Positions 49,446 through 58,337 of a stretch of DNA of 64,000 nt are shown here, one piece after another. The notes beneath the pieces were generated by a model. It ran no database searches, was not told the DNA's origin, and saw nothing but the letters and a program-made list of their open reading frames with translations. The translations under genes were made by a program, and so were the position numbers. Source of the stretch: a virus; the IMG/VR virus record IMGVR_UViG_3300047994_000162, positions 4,536 through 68,535 of that record. One strand, given 5' to 3'. Positions within the stretch are counted from its first letter, which is position 1. Each line of letters begins with the position of its first letter.

Positions 49446-49670
49446 CTATCTTAGACGGAACCATGGCGGGGCGGGAAGCGATGCCTTGCGCCGTGCTTGT
49501 TCCGCCTGCCTACGGGGCTTGATGCGGGTCTCATAGGATACCTTGCTGGCGACACGACAGTTTTCGAGGTATTCAAGGCGCTTGCAGGGGTCGCAATAAA
49601 GTCGCGGCTTCGTGCGTTTGACGTAGCTGAACGGTCCCTGACATCTGGCGCAAATAGATCGCGTCGTCAT
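49446..49670 (-). CDS. Small zinc-finger protein
   Basis: CARC...YCDPC. Confidence 0.5.
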   Translation of the reverse strand: MTTRSICARCQGPFSYVKRTKPRLYCDPCKRLEYLENCRVASKVSYETRIKPRRQAEQARRKASLPAPPWFRLR

Positions 49671-49716
49671 CGAAGCGCGCTCCCGTTTGAATTACCTAAT
49701 TCGCCAATGGCTTGCG

Positions 49717-50097
49717 CTATAAACAAAGCGCCATTTCGCCATGTTTGAATTTGCCCTGATTACGCGTCCTCAGGAACACGGACCTTGATGTCCAGCCAGG
49801 CGAACACGTCGACCTTGCGCTCGCCATCGACGACGGGCTCAAACCCCGCCAGCGGCCAGCCCATGACCCGGTGCGTACGCATTTCGGACACGGCATTTCG
49901 TTGAGGACGATGCCCGGGACTGTCCCGGTCAATTGGCCGGCGATCTTGAGGGTGCCGCTTTCGAGGAAATCGTTGACGGTATAGACCGCGTCGAATTGCG
50001 GCACCGGCCCGGGGAATGGCGTCCGGCGATCAAGGCCCAGCACCTCGAACTCGACGACGCAGATTACCTTTTGGCCCCTTCGATCTATCCCGCTCAT
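49717..50097 (-). pseudogene. Small phage gene with probable frameshift near 49870
   Basis: A shifted frame gives a more natural end, GWPLAGFEPVVDGERKVDVF...PEDA*. Confidence 0.4.
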
Positions 50098-50501
50098 TTC
50101 GTTCTCCTTTTAACTGTTTCTTATCGATTGTTCCGCAACGTGGTCTCGAACAACGGAGATCGCCCCATGTCTTTCCAGCACCGCCTCATTCTCGTGATCG
50201 CTTGCACGGCCGCATGCAGCTGGTCGATCGGCTGGGCCGCCTACACGGTCCTGTTTTAGATGGGAATTATATACTTGAATCCCTCAAGCCAAAACCGGCT
50301 TGCCGCCCTTGAGGATAATGCCCGGATAGGAATACGCCGCGCAGCCCTCTAGTGTCTTGGCTGCGTTCTTCACGCCGAATGTATGTGTGCGGCCACCTTG
50401 GCCTTCACCTGCCCCGCTGCCCTCGTACTTCCAATTGTCGGCAGTTAGGAAAACAACATCCACACGCCAGACGACAACCAATCGATAGCAGCGCAACGTC
50501 G

Positions 50502-50987
50502 TCACACTTTCGGTTCTTTTGGAAGTCGCGCCGTGTTCTGGACGGCATCCTGCAGCGATCGATAGGCGTCCGCCTGGCGCTTCGAAATGAACGGCCGCCC
50601 GACCGATGCCGGCGGGGCCGTATCCTGCTTAGGCGGCGGGGCCGGGCGATCAACGCGGGCGTTCCACTGATGGCGCTCGATCGCGCCGCAGACCCGAGCC
50701 AGCACCGGCTTGCTCCACCACTTCAGCGATCCTTCGGCAAGCTGGCGGTTGATGTTCGAGATCAGGCTGTCGGGCGCGGCAGACCCGACCATGCGGCCGA
50801 CCGATGATGCAGACAACGCCGGAAAATGCTCATACAACGCGAACGCAGCATAATAGCGCGCGCGAGTGATTTTCCGGCGTTGATCCGCGTCCGTGGGGCG
50901 GTGGCCACGCGCAACATCGACCGGGTCGGCGCCGGTTTCGTCACAGGCCGCGATGATCGCGACGGCAATTTCGTCTGCGGATAGCAT
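50502..50987 (-). CDS. DnaA-C-like HTH protein
   Basis: ITRARYYA...LSASSVGRMVG. Confidence 0.5.
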   Translation of the reverse strand: MLSADEIAVAIIAACDETGADPVDVARGHRPTDADQRRKITRARYYAAFALYEHFPALSASSVGRMVGSAAPDSLISNINRQLAEGSLKWWSKPVLARVCGAIERHQWNARVDRPAPPPKQDTAPPASVGRPFISKRQADAYRSLQDAVQNTARLPKEPKV

Positions 50988-51193
50988 GATTCAGTGGTGC
51001 ATCAGCACGGCGGCGGCCAATTGAATGGCGCACGCAAGCACCAAGACAAGGCCGATTCCGATCGGCAAAAGTTTAACTTGCATGCGCGACTCTCCCTGTT
51101 GTGCGTGCTCAATCTTTTTATAGAAAAAAGTCCCCGCAGGCCACTGGACATTCGCCGATCGACCCCGGATAAAATCGTCCCCGGCAGGGAGAT

Positions 51194-51604
51194 TTGTTAA
51201 TGATTTTGAAGATCGGCGATGGTGCGATTCGCAAGCTGTCATCCGCACAGCGTTCCTTCCTGATTGATCACGTCGACGGCGAGGTCGAACTGACGCCAGC
51301 GCGCCGGCATCTGATTCAAGTCCGAAACTCGCTCATGAAGATGAAACTCCTGAGGGGCGCGATCGCGCACACCATCAGGCCTCGCGGCACGGTGCTCACC
51401 GAACATGGCCGGTATGCGGTGGGCGTGATCCTGGGCGATTATGCCGACGGGCTGGTCCGCGCCGGATTGCTGGAACAGGAAAACCCACTATGGGTTCTGA
51501 AACAACTCAAGGCCCTGGGCGGTTTCCCGGCTGGCCGCCCAGCATCCCAGCCGGCCGAAGAAATGCCGGAACCGGCCAGTCTTCGCAGTGGACTTCCCGG
51601 CTGA
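51194..51604 (+). CDS. Hypothetical (winged-helix-like) protein
   Basis: LSSAQR..L...VLTEHGR. Confidence 0.45.
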   Translation: MLMILKIGDGAIRKLSSAQRSFLIDHVDGEVELTPARRHLIQVRNSLMKMKLLRGAIAHTIRPRGTVLTEHGRYAVGVILGDYADGLVRAGLLEQENPLWVLKQLKALGGFPAGRPASQPAEEMPEPASLRSGLPG

Positions 51605-51630
51605 GGCTGCCCGTACTGCTGGGGCGATCT

Positions 51631-51646
51631 GGGGAAATAAATCCCC
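51631..51646. promoter_or_regulatory. Repeated operator-like motif GGGGAARTAAATCCCC
   Basis: Related copies at 52546-52561 (reverse), 62251-62265 and 34614-34629. Confidence 0.55.
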
Positions 51647-51662
51647 TTTTCGGGAGGGCACC

Positions 51663-51917
51663 ATGGAAAAGCTTTACGCCAAAATCCGCTTGATCGATTA
51701 CGGCCCCTGCGCGTTGAAAGAGCTCAGCGAAATTTACTGCCGCGTGCGCGACGAGACCGGTGAGGGTGCCAGTACCTTCCATTCAGTCAACATCAAGAAT
51801 CCTGATGGATATATCGTCGGCCACATTGCTTACAATGGACGGATATTCGCTGGCCCGCTGGGTTTTTGGACAGCCGCCACCAAATTGCTTTACGAGAATC
51901 GCACCGCCGCTGCCTGA
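51663..51917 (+). CDS. Small early-type protein
   Basis: GGAGGG RBS; GEGASTF...GHIAYNGRI. Confidence 0.6.
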   Translation: MEKLYAKIRLIDYGPCALKELSEIYCRVRDETGEGASTFHSVNIKNPDGYIVGHIAYNGRIFAGPLGFWTAATKLLYENRTAAA

Positions 51918-51922
51918 TCGCG

Positions 51923-51965
51923 AGTGTTTCGCAGCGCCCCGCGCGTCGGGGCGTCACGAAGCACT
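51923..51965 (+). other. Long intergenic stem-loop
   Basis: AGTGTTTCG/CGAAGCACT outer stem, CGCCCC/GGGGCG inner stem. Confidence 0.55.
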
Positions 51966-51994
51966 TTTGCTTCGAACAGGGAAAGGCAACACCG

Positions 51995-52369
51995 ATGGCA
52001 CTCACCGAATCCGATCTGCGGCAATTCACCGGCACCTCGCAATGGTTCCGGCATGGACTGGTCCGTAGCGTCACCTACACCGAGGGCGTCCAATACATGG
52101 CCGAACAAGGCAACGCCTACTGGCTGCTGGACAAGATCGCGACGCTCCAATTCGAACCGAAGATTCGCGCCGAGGATTTTCAGGTTTGGCGACTGATCGT
52201 CGAGGACGGCCACGCCACGTTGACGTGCGACGATGGCGACAAGCTGGGCGTCGGCAAATCCAAGGCGATCGTGCTGCATTCCGAGGAAATATCATTCACG
52301 GATTTCCCGCTCGAAAAGATCGAATTGTGGGTCGAGGGCGGCGTGATCTTGCTGCCTTCCGAGCATTGA
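51995..52369 (+). CDS. DUF6876-like protein
   Basis: LRQFTGT..W.RH...YTEGV...AYWLLD...FQVW...FTDFP...LLPSE. Confidence 0.7.
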   Translation: MALTESDLRQFTGTSQWFRHGLVRSVTYTEGVQYMAEQGNAYWLLDKIATLQFEPKIRAEDFQVWRLIVEDGHATLTCDDGDKLGVGKSKAIVLHSEEISFTDFPLEKIELWVEGGVILLPSEH

Positions 52370-52370
52370 T

Positions 52371-52544
52371 ATGAGCCCGAGGGAGCGCGCGGTGCTGATG
52401 GCGATCGCCAAGGCGCTGCGCGGCAACCCCGACGACATGGACGCGCTGGCCGCCAGCTATCCGGTCCCGCCCGGATACGGCCCGCGCAAGATGCCGATCC
52501 GGGAGCGAGCCGCGATCCTGCTGAAAATTCTGGCCGATCATTAA
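52371..52544 (+). CDS. Small hypothetical protein (57 aa)
   Basis: Translated by hand, MSPRERAVLM...LADH. Confidence 0.45.
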   Translation: MSPRERAVLMAIAKALRGNPDDMDALAASYPVPPGYGPRKMPIRERAAILLKILADH

Positions 52545-52570
52545 AGGGGATTTACTTCCCCTTTTTTCTT

Positions 52571-52610
52571 GTCTTCGGAGTTGCTCTTTGCACCGCTGCG
52601 AATAACACAC
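52571..52610 (+). promoter_or_regulatory. Putative promoter (repeated at 53870-53909)
   Basis: GTCTTCGRAG-TTGCTS-N16-TAACACAC occurs twice. Confidence 0.55.
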
Positions 52611-52615
52611 GAGCC

Positions 52616-52918
52616 ATGAAGACACCGAAAAAACAGCACCCCGCTGAGATCGCCGCCGAAGCCCAGATGATTGTGGCGATCCGCGGAGCCGATCATTTCC
52701 TCGCCTCGCTATTCCGCGGCGCCGGCCAATACGACAAGGCCCCAGCCCCGACGGTGCTGGCCGCCCTGCGCGCCGGCCGAGCCATGGAGGCGGGAGCCCG
52801 CGGCACCCAGAAATCCATCATCTACGCGGTCGGCCCGGATGGCCGCGCGACGATGATCACCTACGCCCTGATCGAAAAACTTGCAGCGCTGGCAACCCAG
52901 CAGAAAGGCACAAAATGA
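52616..52918 (+). CDS. Hypothetical protein
   Basis: ORF immediately after promoter motif. Confidence 0.55.
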   Translation: MKTPKKQHPAEIAAEAQMIVAIRGADHFLASLFRGAGQYDKAPAPTVLAALRAGRAMEAGARGTQKSIIYAVGPDGRATMITYALIEKLAALATQQKGTK

Positions 52919-53589
52919 ACCTCTCGCCCGCCCAGAAGCTTATGATCGAGTACGGTTTTCCGGCCGCCCTTTTCGTCGACCAAGCCACGCGCGCAGCCGC
53001 GTGGAAGGGCCGGACATTTACGGTCCCGGGCCCCATCTACAAGGCCCCGGCCAAAGCCGAGGACGCGACGACAAAACAACTGCGCGCCGAATTGGAGGCC
53101 GCAGCCGCGAAGAAGAAAGCCGCCAGCCTTGAGCGGTTGCGAGAGTGGAAAATCTTCAATAACCGCTCTCTCCCGAAGCCAGAATTGAAGCCCCGGGCGA
53201 TCATGCCCATCACCGAGCAGGAGACCACGACCATGGCAAAGAAAGCAGCAACCACCAAGAAGCCGGCGGCCAAGAAGGCCGCCGTCAAGCCGGCCCGCAA
53301 GGCAGCAGCCGCCAAGTCCGCCCGCACGCCGGTCGGCGAGCGATCGCGCTACGATTGGAAAGGTGCCGCCGAGAAAGCCGCCGCCGGCTCCATCCCGCCG
53401 AAGCCGGATTTCAGCGCGCCGACCCACGCCCGTTTTCTGCCGATCATGGACCAGATCACGGCGGCATGCTCGGCCAAGGACTTGAAGGCCCTCAAGGCGA
53501 TCGAGATCAACGCGATTTCCTCGACCCCGAAAGCCATGGCGCGCTACCGGGATCTCTGCGCCGCCGCGCTGACCGCCAAGGCCGCCTGA
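52915..53589 (+). CDS. Protein with histone-H1-like Ala/Lys-rich segment
   Basis: MAKKAATTKKPAAKKAAVKPARK; possible internal start. Confidence 0.55.
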   Translation: MNLSPAQKLMIEYGFPAALFVDQATRAAAWKGRTFTVPGPIYKAPAKAEDATTKQLRAELEAAAAKKKAASLERLREWKIFNNRSLPKPELKPRAIMPITEQETTTMAKKAATTKKPAAKKAAVKPARKAAAAKSARTPVGERSRYDWKGAAEKAAAGSIPPKPDFSAPTHARFLPIMDQITAACSAKDLKALKAIEINAISSTPKAMARYRDLCAAALTAKAA

Positions 53590-53870
53590 TGGACCTCTAT
53601 CTCCATCACGGACGGGCGACGCCCGACCAAAAGCTGGACGATTGGGGCCCTTCGGGGCCCCGATTGCTTGGCGTCAAGGGCATCCACCAAACCTATGGCA
53701 ACCCCGCCAACGTGTTCTTCGAATCGGCCGCCGCATGCAAAGAGGCCCAGCGGCTTACTGGCTGGGCGACGTGGGACGACAATGCCCTGACGATGGCATG
53801 GCGGGATGATTGCGTGCACGTCACCGGGCCCGAGGGCGAGGCTTTCTATGGCGATTGGGGCCTGATGTAG
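53589..53870 (+). CDS. Hypothetical protein
   Basis: LHHGR..PDQ.LDDWG..GP...FYGDW. Confidence 0.6.
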   Translation: MDLYLHHGRATPDQKLDDWGPSGPRLLGVKGIHQTYGNPANVFFESAAACKEAQRLTGWATWDDNALTMAWRDDCVHVTGPEGEAFYGDWGLM

Positions 53871-53942
53871 TCTTCGAAGTTGCTGCCGGCTGTGTGTTCG
53901 CTAACACACCGACAGCGCAACACCGCGCCATGTAGCCACCAG

Positions 53943-54179
53943 ATGCCGAAGCCAGCCCAAATCAACCGCCGCAAAGCTAACACTTTTACGGTCGAATTTG
54001 TCACCCTCAATTCGGCGTTCGATGAAGAGCCGCATTTCGAGATCGCGCGCATTCTTCGCGATATCGCCGACAAGATCACAGTCGGAATTTTCTCGTCACC
54101 TATCAGCGCCTCAAACGGCAACAGGGTCGGGAAATTCGAGTGCCGCGACAACAATGGTCTGGCGTTCGAGCGATTCTAA
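53943..54179 (+). CDS. Small hypothetical protein
   Basis: NSAF...EIARILR..A...NGNRVG. Confidence 0.55.
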   Translation: MPKPAQINRRKANTFTVEFVTLNSAFDEEPHFEIARILRDIADKITVGIFSSPISASNGNRVGKFECRDNNGLAFERF

Positions 54180-54871
54180 GCCGGCCCGGTAACATTCCAG
54201 AACAGCACGCGGCCCGCCCCATGGCAGGCCTTTGCTATTTCCCACGCCTTTGCATCGTAGTGGCGATCGCTGGGGAACGGTACCTCGCCCTTGAACGGTT
54301 TGGCGAACGGCAGCGCGGCGATGTGGATTTGCGCGCCCGCGACGTCGGCCGGCGCCAGCTCCCGGCCGACTTGCACCACATGCCGGCGGGCTTTCGGCCA
54401 GGCGGTCGCCAGCGCGCGCGCCAGCACGCCGGACCCGGATGCACACCAGACCTCGTCCGGCTCGATCTTGAGGCTGCTGGCGGCCTTGGCGATGGCCGCT
54501 ATGGCTTCGGGCATGTCGGCGCCGAATGGCATCAGCCGGGCGCCGCTGGCCTCGCAATATGCCTTGGCGCGGGCTTGAACGACAGTCAGGTATCCGGGGC
54601 TGACCATACAGACCCGGGCGCCCAATTCCTTCGCCAGCAGGGCGCGTGGGTGCGGCTCGGCCCGCTGGGCCACAAAGATCGTCGCCCGCTTGCCAAGGCC
54701 CTTGGCGACGGCTGCCAGGGCCGTCTGGGCACCACCTTCGGCCGGGCTGGCATAGACGACCTCATCCGCGCCATCGAACAGGGTTCCGAGGAACCGGGCT
54801 TTCGTGCCGCCCGGGAACAGATCGTCCCGCACCACCGTGATGCCGTCATGCTCGGATGTTTTCGGTTTCAC
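54176..54871 (-). CDS. PLP-dependent enzyme, fold type II (cysteine synthase / ACC deaminase-like)
   Basis: VVRDDL..GGTKAR (Schiff-base Lys), CASGSG phosphate loop, YDAKAW, LFWNV; GTGA coupling to MTase. Confidence 0.75.
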   Translation of the reverse strand: MKPKTSEHDGITVVRDDLFPGGTKARFLGTLFDGADEVVYASPAEGGAQTALAAVAKGLGKRATIFVAQRAEPHPRALLAKELGARVCMVSPGYLTVVQARAKAYCEASGARLMPFGADMPEAIAAIAKAASSLKIEPDEVWCASGSGVLARALATAWPKARRHVVQVGRELAPADVAGAQIHIAALPFAKPFKGEVPFPSDRHYDAKAWEIAKACHGAGRVLFWNVTGPA

Positions 54872-55965
54872 AGGATCTTCCCGTAGGCCTCCAGATCGGG
54901 CGAGCCAGGCGCCGGGGCTGGCTTTGATCCGGCCGGCGTCGCCGATTCGTCGATGATGGCGGCGAACTCGACGGGCCCGATTTCCCGGGTTGCTTTGACC
55001 GGGTCGCCCTTGACGAAGATCAGCACGTTTTGGTGGCTTTTGCCCAGCTTGCGGGACGCCTCGAACTGCTTTCCGGCGCGCATCGCCAGCGAACCGGCGG
55101 CCGTGACCAAGATCGCTTCGTTGTAGAGCCGCATCCCGCATGCCTCGAACGCCATCGCGCAGCGCCCCGGCAAATTGACGTACAGGCCCTTTTCGTCCCG
55201 GACGTCGCCGATCACCCAGCCGGCGAAACGATTGTTCTTTAGCCGCGCGCAGGCAGCCCGGATGATCGCCTCCTGGGCGGTGAAGAAATCCTCGGCGCCG
55301 AGCGTCGACAGATCGCGCTTGTCCTCGGAATAGACCTCCAGATTCCAATACGGCGGGCACGAAAACACGAAATCGAATTGCGCGCCCTTCGGCACCAGCG
55401 ACTCGATGTTGCGGCTATCACCCTCGATCCATTTCGGGAGCGGGGCTTTGCAGATTTTCAACTGAGACCGATTCGCCACCAGTTGCTCGGCGCGAAGGTC
55501 GATGCCGGTGTAATGCCGCCCCAGATGCGACGCCACGATGCCGCGCACCGAGCCGCCAGCGAACGGGTCCAAGATGCTGCCGCCCGGCGGACAGAACCAG
55601 CGATAGCAAAGCTCGGTCAGCACCGGATCGAATATCGATGTGCCGGTCTGGCCGGCCGACATGCCACCATCGATCTCGCCGGCAGCGATCTTTTCCTGCA
55701 CCCATTGCTGAGTGCCGACGGCGAGGCCACGGCCGCGCGTGTATGCCGTCTTGCCGGTGTTGCCGCCGCCCTTCTTGGGCGTCGCGTCTGCGGCTTTCTT
55801 TTTCTTGCGGTATGGGTCGGTGGTGGTGCGAAGCGCCAGCCCGCCGCGCAGATCCTCGGTGTGGCCGGCAGTCTTGGTCAGTGTCTTTTTGCCGTTGCCC
55901 ACCACGTGCTCCCCGCGCATCAAATCCTGCCCGAATGTCCGGGCGTTCGGTTTCTTTTTCCTCAT
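54868..55965 (-). CDS. Amino-type DNA methyltransferase-like protein
   Basis: ILDPFAGG motif I, GIDL, FSCPPY motif IV. Confidence 0.85.
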   Translation of the reverse strand: MRKKKPNARTFGQDLMRGEHVVGNGKKTLTKTAGHTEDLRGGLALRTTTDPYRKKKKAADATPKKGGGNTGKTAYTRGRGLAVGTQQWVQEKIAAGEIDGGMSAGQTGTSIFDPVLTELCYRWFCPPGGSILDPFAGGSVRGIVASHLGRHYTGIDLRAEQLVANRSQLKICKAPLPKWIEGDSRNIESLVPKGAQFDFVFSCPPYWNLEVYSEDKRDLSTLGAEDFFTAQEAIIRAACARLKNNRFAGWVIGDVRDEKGLYVNLPGRCAMAFEACGMRLYNEAILVTAAGSLAMRAGKQFEASRKLGKSHQNVLIFVKGDPVKATREIGPVEFAAIIDESATPAGSKPAPAPGSPDLEAYGKIL

Positions 55966-56630
55966 GCCGTGGCCGCCTTCTTGGCCGCGCGCTTGACCGG
56001 GTCGGGCTCCAGCATCGTCTCCGACATCTTGAGCAGATTTTCACCGCGGCCGAGTTCGGATTGAATGCCCAGCGCCAGCCAGGCGCGCTTGCGATCTTGC
56101 CACCAGCCCTCGCGCGCATTCAGCACCGTGAACGGCGCGATGCCGAAGCGTTCCGCCAGATTGCCGAGCGTCTGTTCTCGGGCGGCGCCGGCCGCGCCGG
56201 CCGATGCGACGAACATCACCAGATCGGATGAATTGAAGCCCGCCAGTTCGAGCGGATATTCCAGTTGTTTCAATTCGGTCAGGCCCGTCAGTCTCAGGCT
56301 TTCGTCCCAACCGCCGAGTTCGAACGATCGATTGTCGGAAAACACCAGCGCCAGCTTTTGCGCGTCCGTCAGGCCACGGATCACCACGACCGGGACTTCC
56401 TCGAGTCCGACGCGCTCCGCGGACAGCGTGGCGCCGTGGCCGGCCAGGATCATATCGGCGTCGTCGATCAGCACCGGCCGCGTGAATCCGAACTCGCGAA
56501 TCATGGCCGCGACGGCAACGATCTGGGCCTCGGGGTGTGTCTTGGGATTTTTGGGATGTGGCCGCAGATCGCGGATTTTTCGCCGCTCGGTCTTGTCCGC
56601 AGCGAACGCCAGTTTCGCGCCTTTAGCCAT
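55962..56630 (-). CDS. ParB/Srx-like N-terminal domain protein
   Basis: NPKTH...IREFGF..PVLID...ILAGHG...DNR. Confidence 0.8.
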   Translation of the reverse strand: MAKGAKLAFAADKTERRKIRDLRPHPKNPKTHPEAQIVAVAAMIREFGFTRPVLIDDADMILAGHGATLSAERVGLEEVPVVVIRGLTDAQKLALVFSDNRSFELGGWDESLRLTGLTELKQLEYPLELAGFNSSDLVMFVASAGAAGAAREQTLGNLAERFGIAPFTVLNAREGWWQDRKRAWLALGIQSELGRGENLLKMSETMLEPDPVKRAAKKAATA

Positions 56631-57123
56631 TCAATCCTCCCCGTTTGCACGGCATATCGACGAATCGTCGACCACCTCCGTCTATGCGCCTTATGTAGCG
56701 AGATGCGCTGGCCGCGCTGATCCCCAATTGCGCGCCGATGTCTACGAGGAGTTTGGTGCCAGCCATCTCCCGGGTAGCGCGAACAACCTCATCGCTTATG
56801 ACGCAAGAAAGGCGCCCCTTCATGCCGGCATCGATAGCATTGTCCTTTTTCGTGCCCTCGAACAGATGCCACGGATTGCAGCACGGCGGATTATCGCATT
56901 CGTGACACGAACACATGCCGGCCAGCAAACGTCGACCGAGTCGTTGCTCTAAGGCAAAAATATGAGATCGAACAACGCGGCGTCCCGAGCCAGCGTTGAA
57001 TATCCCGTACTCTCCAGTCTTGCCGGCGGTCCAAGGCCAGCACTCATCGGGAGCGCCGATTTGAACCTTTTCCCAAAACCGCTCAACCGCGTCTCGTTTT
57101 CTCAATGTGGTTGCTCCCCGCAA
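56623..57123 (-). CDS. HNH endonuclease
   Basis: RFWEKV...CWPW...CHECDNPPCCNPWHL..GT..DN. Confidence 0.85.
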   Translation of the reverse strand: MRGATTLRKRDAVERFWEKVQIGAPDECWPWTAGKTGEYGIFNAGSGRRVVRSHIFALEQRLGRRLLAGMCSCHECDNPPCCNPWHLFEGTKKDNAIDAGMKGRLSCVISDEVVRATREMAGTKLLVDIGAQLGISAASASRYIRRIDGGGRRFVDMPCKRGGLNG

Positions 57124-57335
57124 GGAAGGGTTATCATGTTCGGATCGTCAGGTCTGCCGGCAACGGTCACCACGCCGACAAATCCGCATTTCTTGCATTC
57201 GATGCTGTAAGCCCCGCACCGCGGCGCCGGGTACGGCAGATTGTAGGTGCACGTTTTAACGATGGCGCCGCCGCCTATCCCGCAAAACAAATGCGCGTGC
57301 GTGACCTCGCGCTCGATCTCAAGTGCCCTCGTCAT
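57102..57335 (-). pseudogene. Chimera: C5-cytosine MTase N-terminal stub fused to a Cys-rich fragment
   Basis: HAHLFCGIGGG motif I, then unrelated LPYPAPRCG...CKKCG...AGRPDDP. Confidence 0.55.
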
Positions 57336-57714
57336 TCGATCTTTTCCCTGTTGATGGTGGTGCAAAATGGTGCGGCCGCACGAGTTCTTTCATTCCGTCG
57401 ACCACCTGAATCGTCCAGCCGATCGATTTCAGGAACGACAACGATGCCGGCGGATATCCGTCAGGACCGAGCGTCAGCGGTTGAACGCCGGCCGCCTGAT
57501 ATTCGCGTGCCCGCATCTTGCCAGCAGTTTCGAGGCTGAATTTGCGGGACCGCTCCGCGCGCGCCGCTTCGGCCGCGGCTTCCTGGGCGGCCACCAGTTC
57601 GTTGCGTTTGATCGCATCCGCCAGACGAGCCTTGCGTTCTTCCTCGGCCTGGCGATCGAAAAGATCGAAACCCTCGAAATCCCCGTCGCGTGGCTCGTGG
57701 AAAGAGCGCGGCAT
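57319..57714 (-). CDS. Hypothetical protein
   Basis: Coupled ORF. Confidence 0.5.
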   Translation of the reverse strand: MPRSFHEPRDGDFEGFDLFDRQAEEERKARLADAIKRNELVAAQEAAAEAARAERSRKFSLETAGKMRAREYQAAGVQPLTLGPDGYPPASLSFLKSIGWTIQVVDGMKELVRPHHFAPPSTGKRSNDEGT

Positions 57715-58337
57715 CAGCGGTCCCTTACAGCATAGGCCCGGGCAAGCTGATATTGATCCATCGTGCCCTGTGGGTCGGTTTTTGCCAGCCATACGTCGAA
57801 CGCTGCGCGGACCTCATCGGGACCGTCGCCCATAGAGTCCAGATCGTCCTTGAGGGCGTTCATGACCTCTTTCGTGAAAGACCACGGCGCCAAGATCGCC
57901 GCCACATATCCGAAGCACAGTCGGCTTGGCTGACCGGCTTTCATACCGTGGTGGCAGGCAAAGCGGTCCCGATCGATTCCCAGCGTGCAATCGAGGGCTG
58001 ATTTTTCGGTACCGGCCATTTCGTTCGGCATGGCGCCTGGCCGAAAAGCACAGGTCAGGCAGCATTCCGGTATCGGCATAGGTGCATCTTTGCGCCCGGC
58101 CGCCGCCAGCAATGCAAGCGCATCGCCCAGCATTTTGCCGTGCCGCGACGGCTTTTCCCGAGAGAATTTATCGATGTAGCTGTGGCCGGTCGCGGTGATT
58201 TCCAACATCCCGGTGTCGACGCGCTTGGCGTATCCTAGATTGACGAGCACCCGTTCCGGGATGCAATCGCGATCCTCGATCGGACCCGAGGCAAGCCACT
58301 CCATTGTCAGATTTTCCTCATGGGTCAACGTCGTCAT
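57714..58337 (-). CDS. Cys-rich hypothetical protein
   Basis: CLTCAFR...FACH...LC.G. Confidence 0.55.
   Translation of the reverse strand: MTTLTHEENLTMEWLASGPIEDRDCIPERVLVNLGYAKRVDTGMLEITATGHSYIDKFSREKPSRHGKMLGDALALLAAAGRKDAPMPIPECCLTCAFRPGAMPNEMAGTEKSALDCTLGIDRDRFACHHGMKAGQPSRLCFGYVAAILAPWSFTKEVMNALKDDLDSMGDGPDEVRAAFDVWLAKTDPQGTMDQYQLARAYAVRDR

Noticed and set aside
50110-50124. CtrA box (TTAA-N7-TTAT)
   Set aside because: Single imperfect match in an AT-rich patch; could be chance
55962-56630. ParB partner for the parS sites
   Set aside because: Only the ParB/Srx N-terminal domain typical of MTase-linked proteins; no HTH parS-binding region
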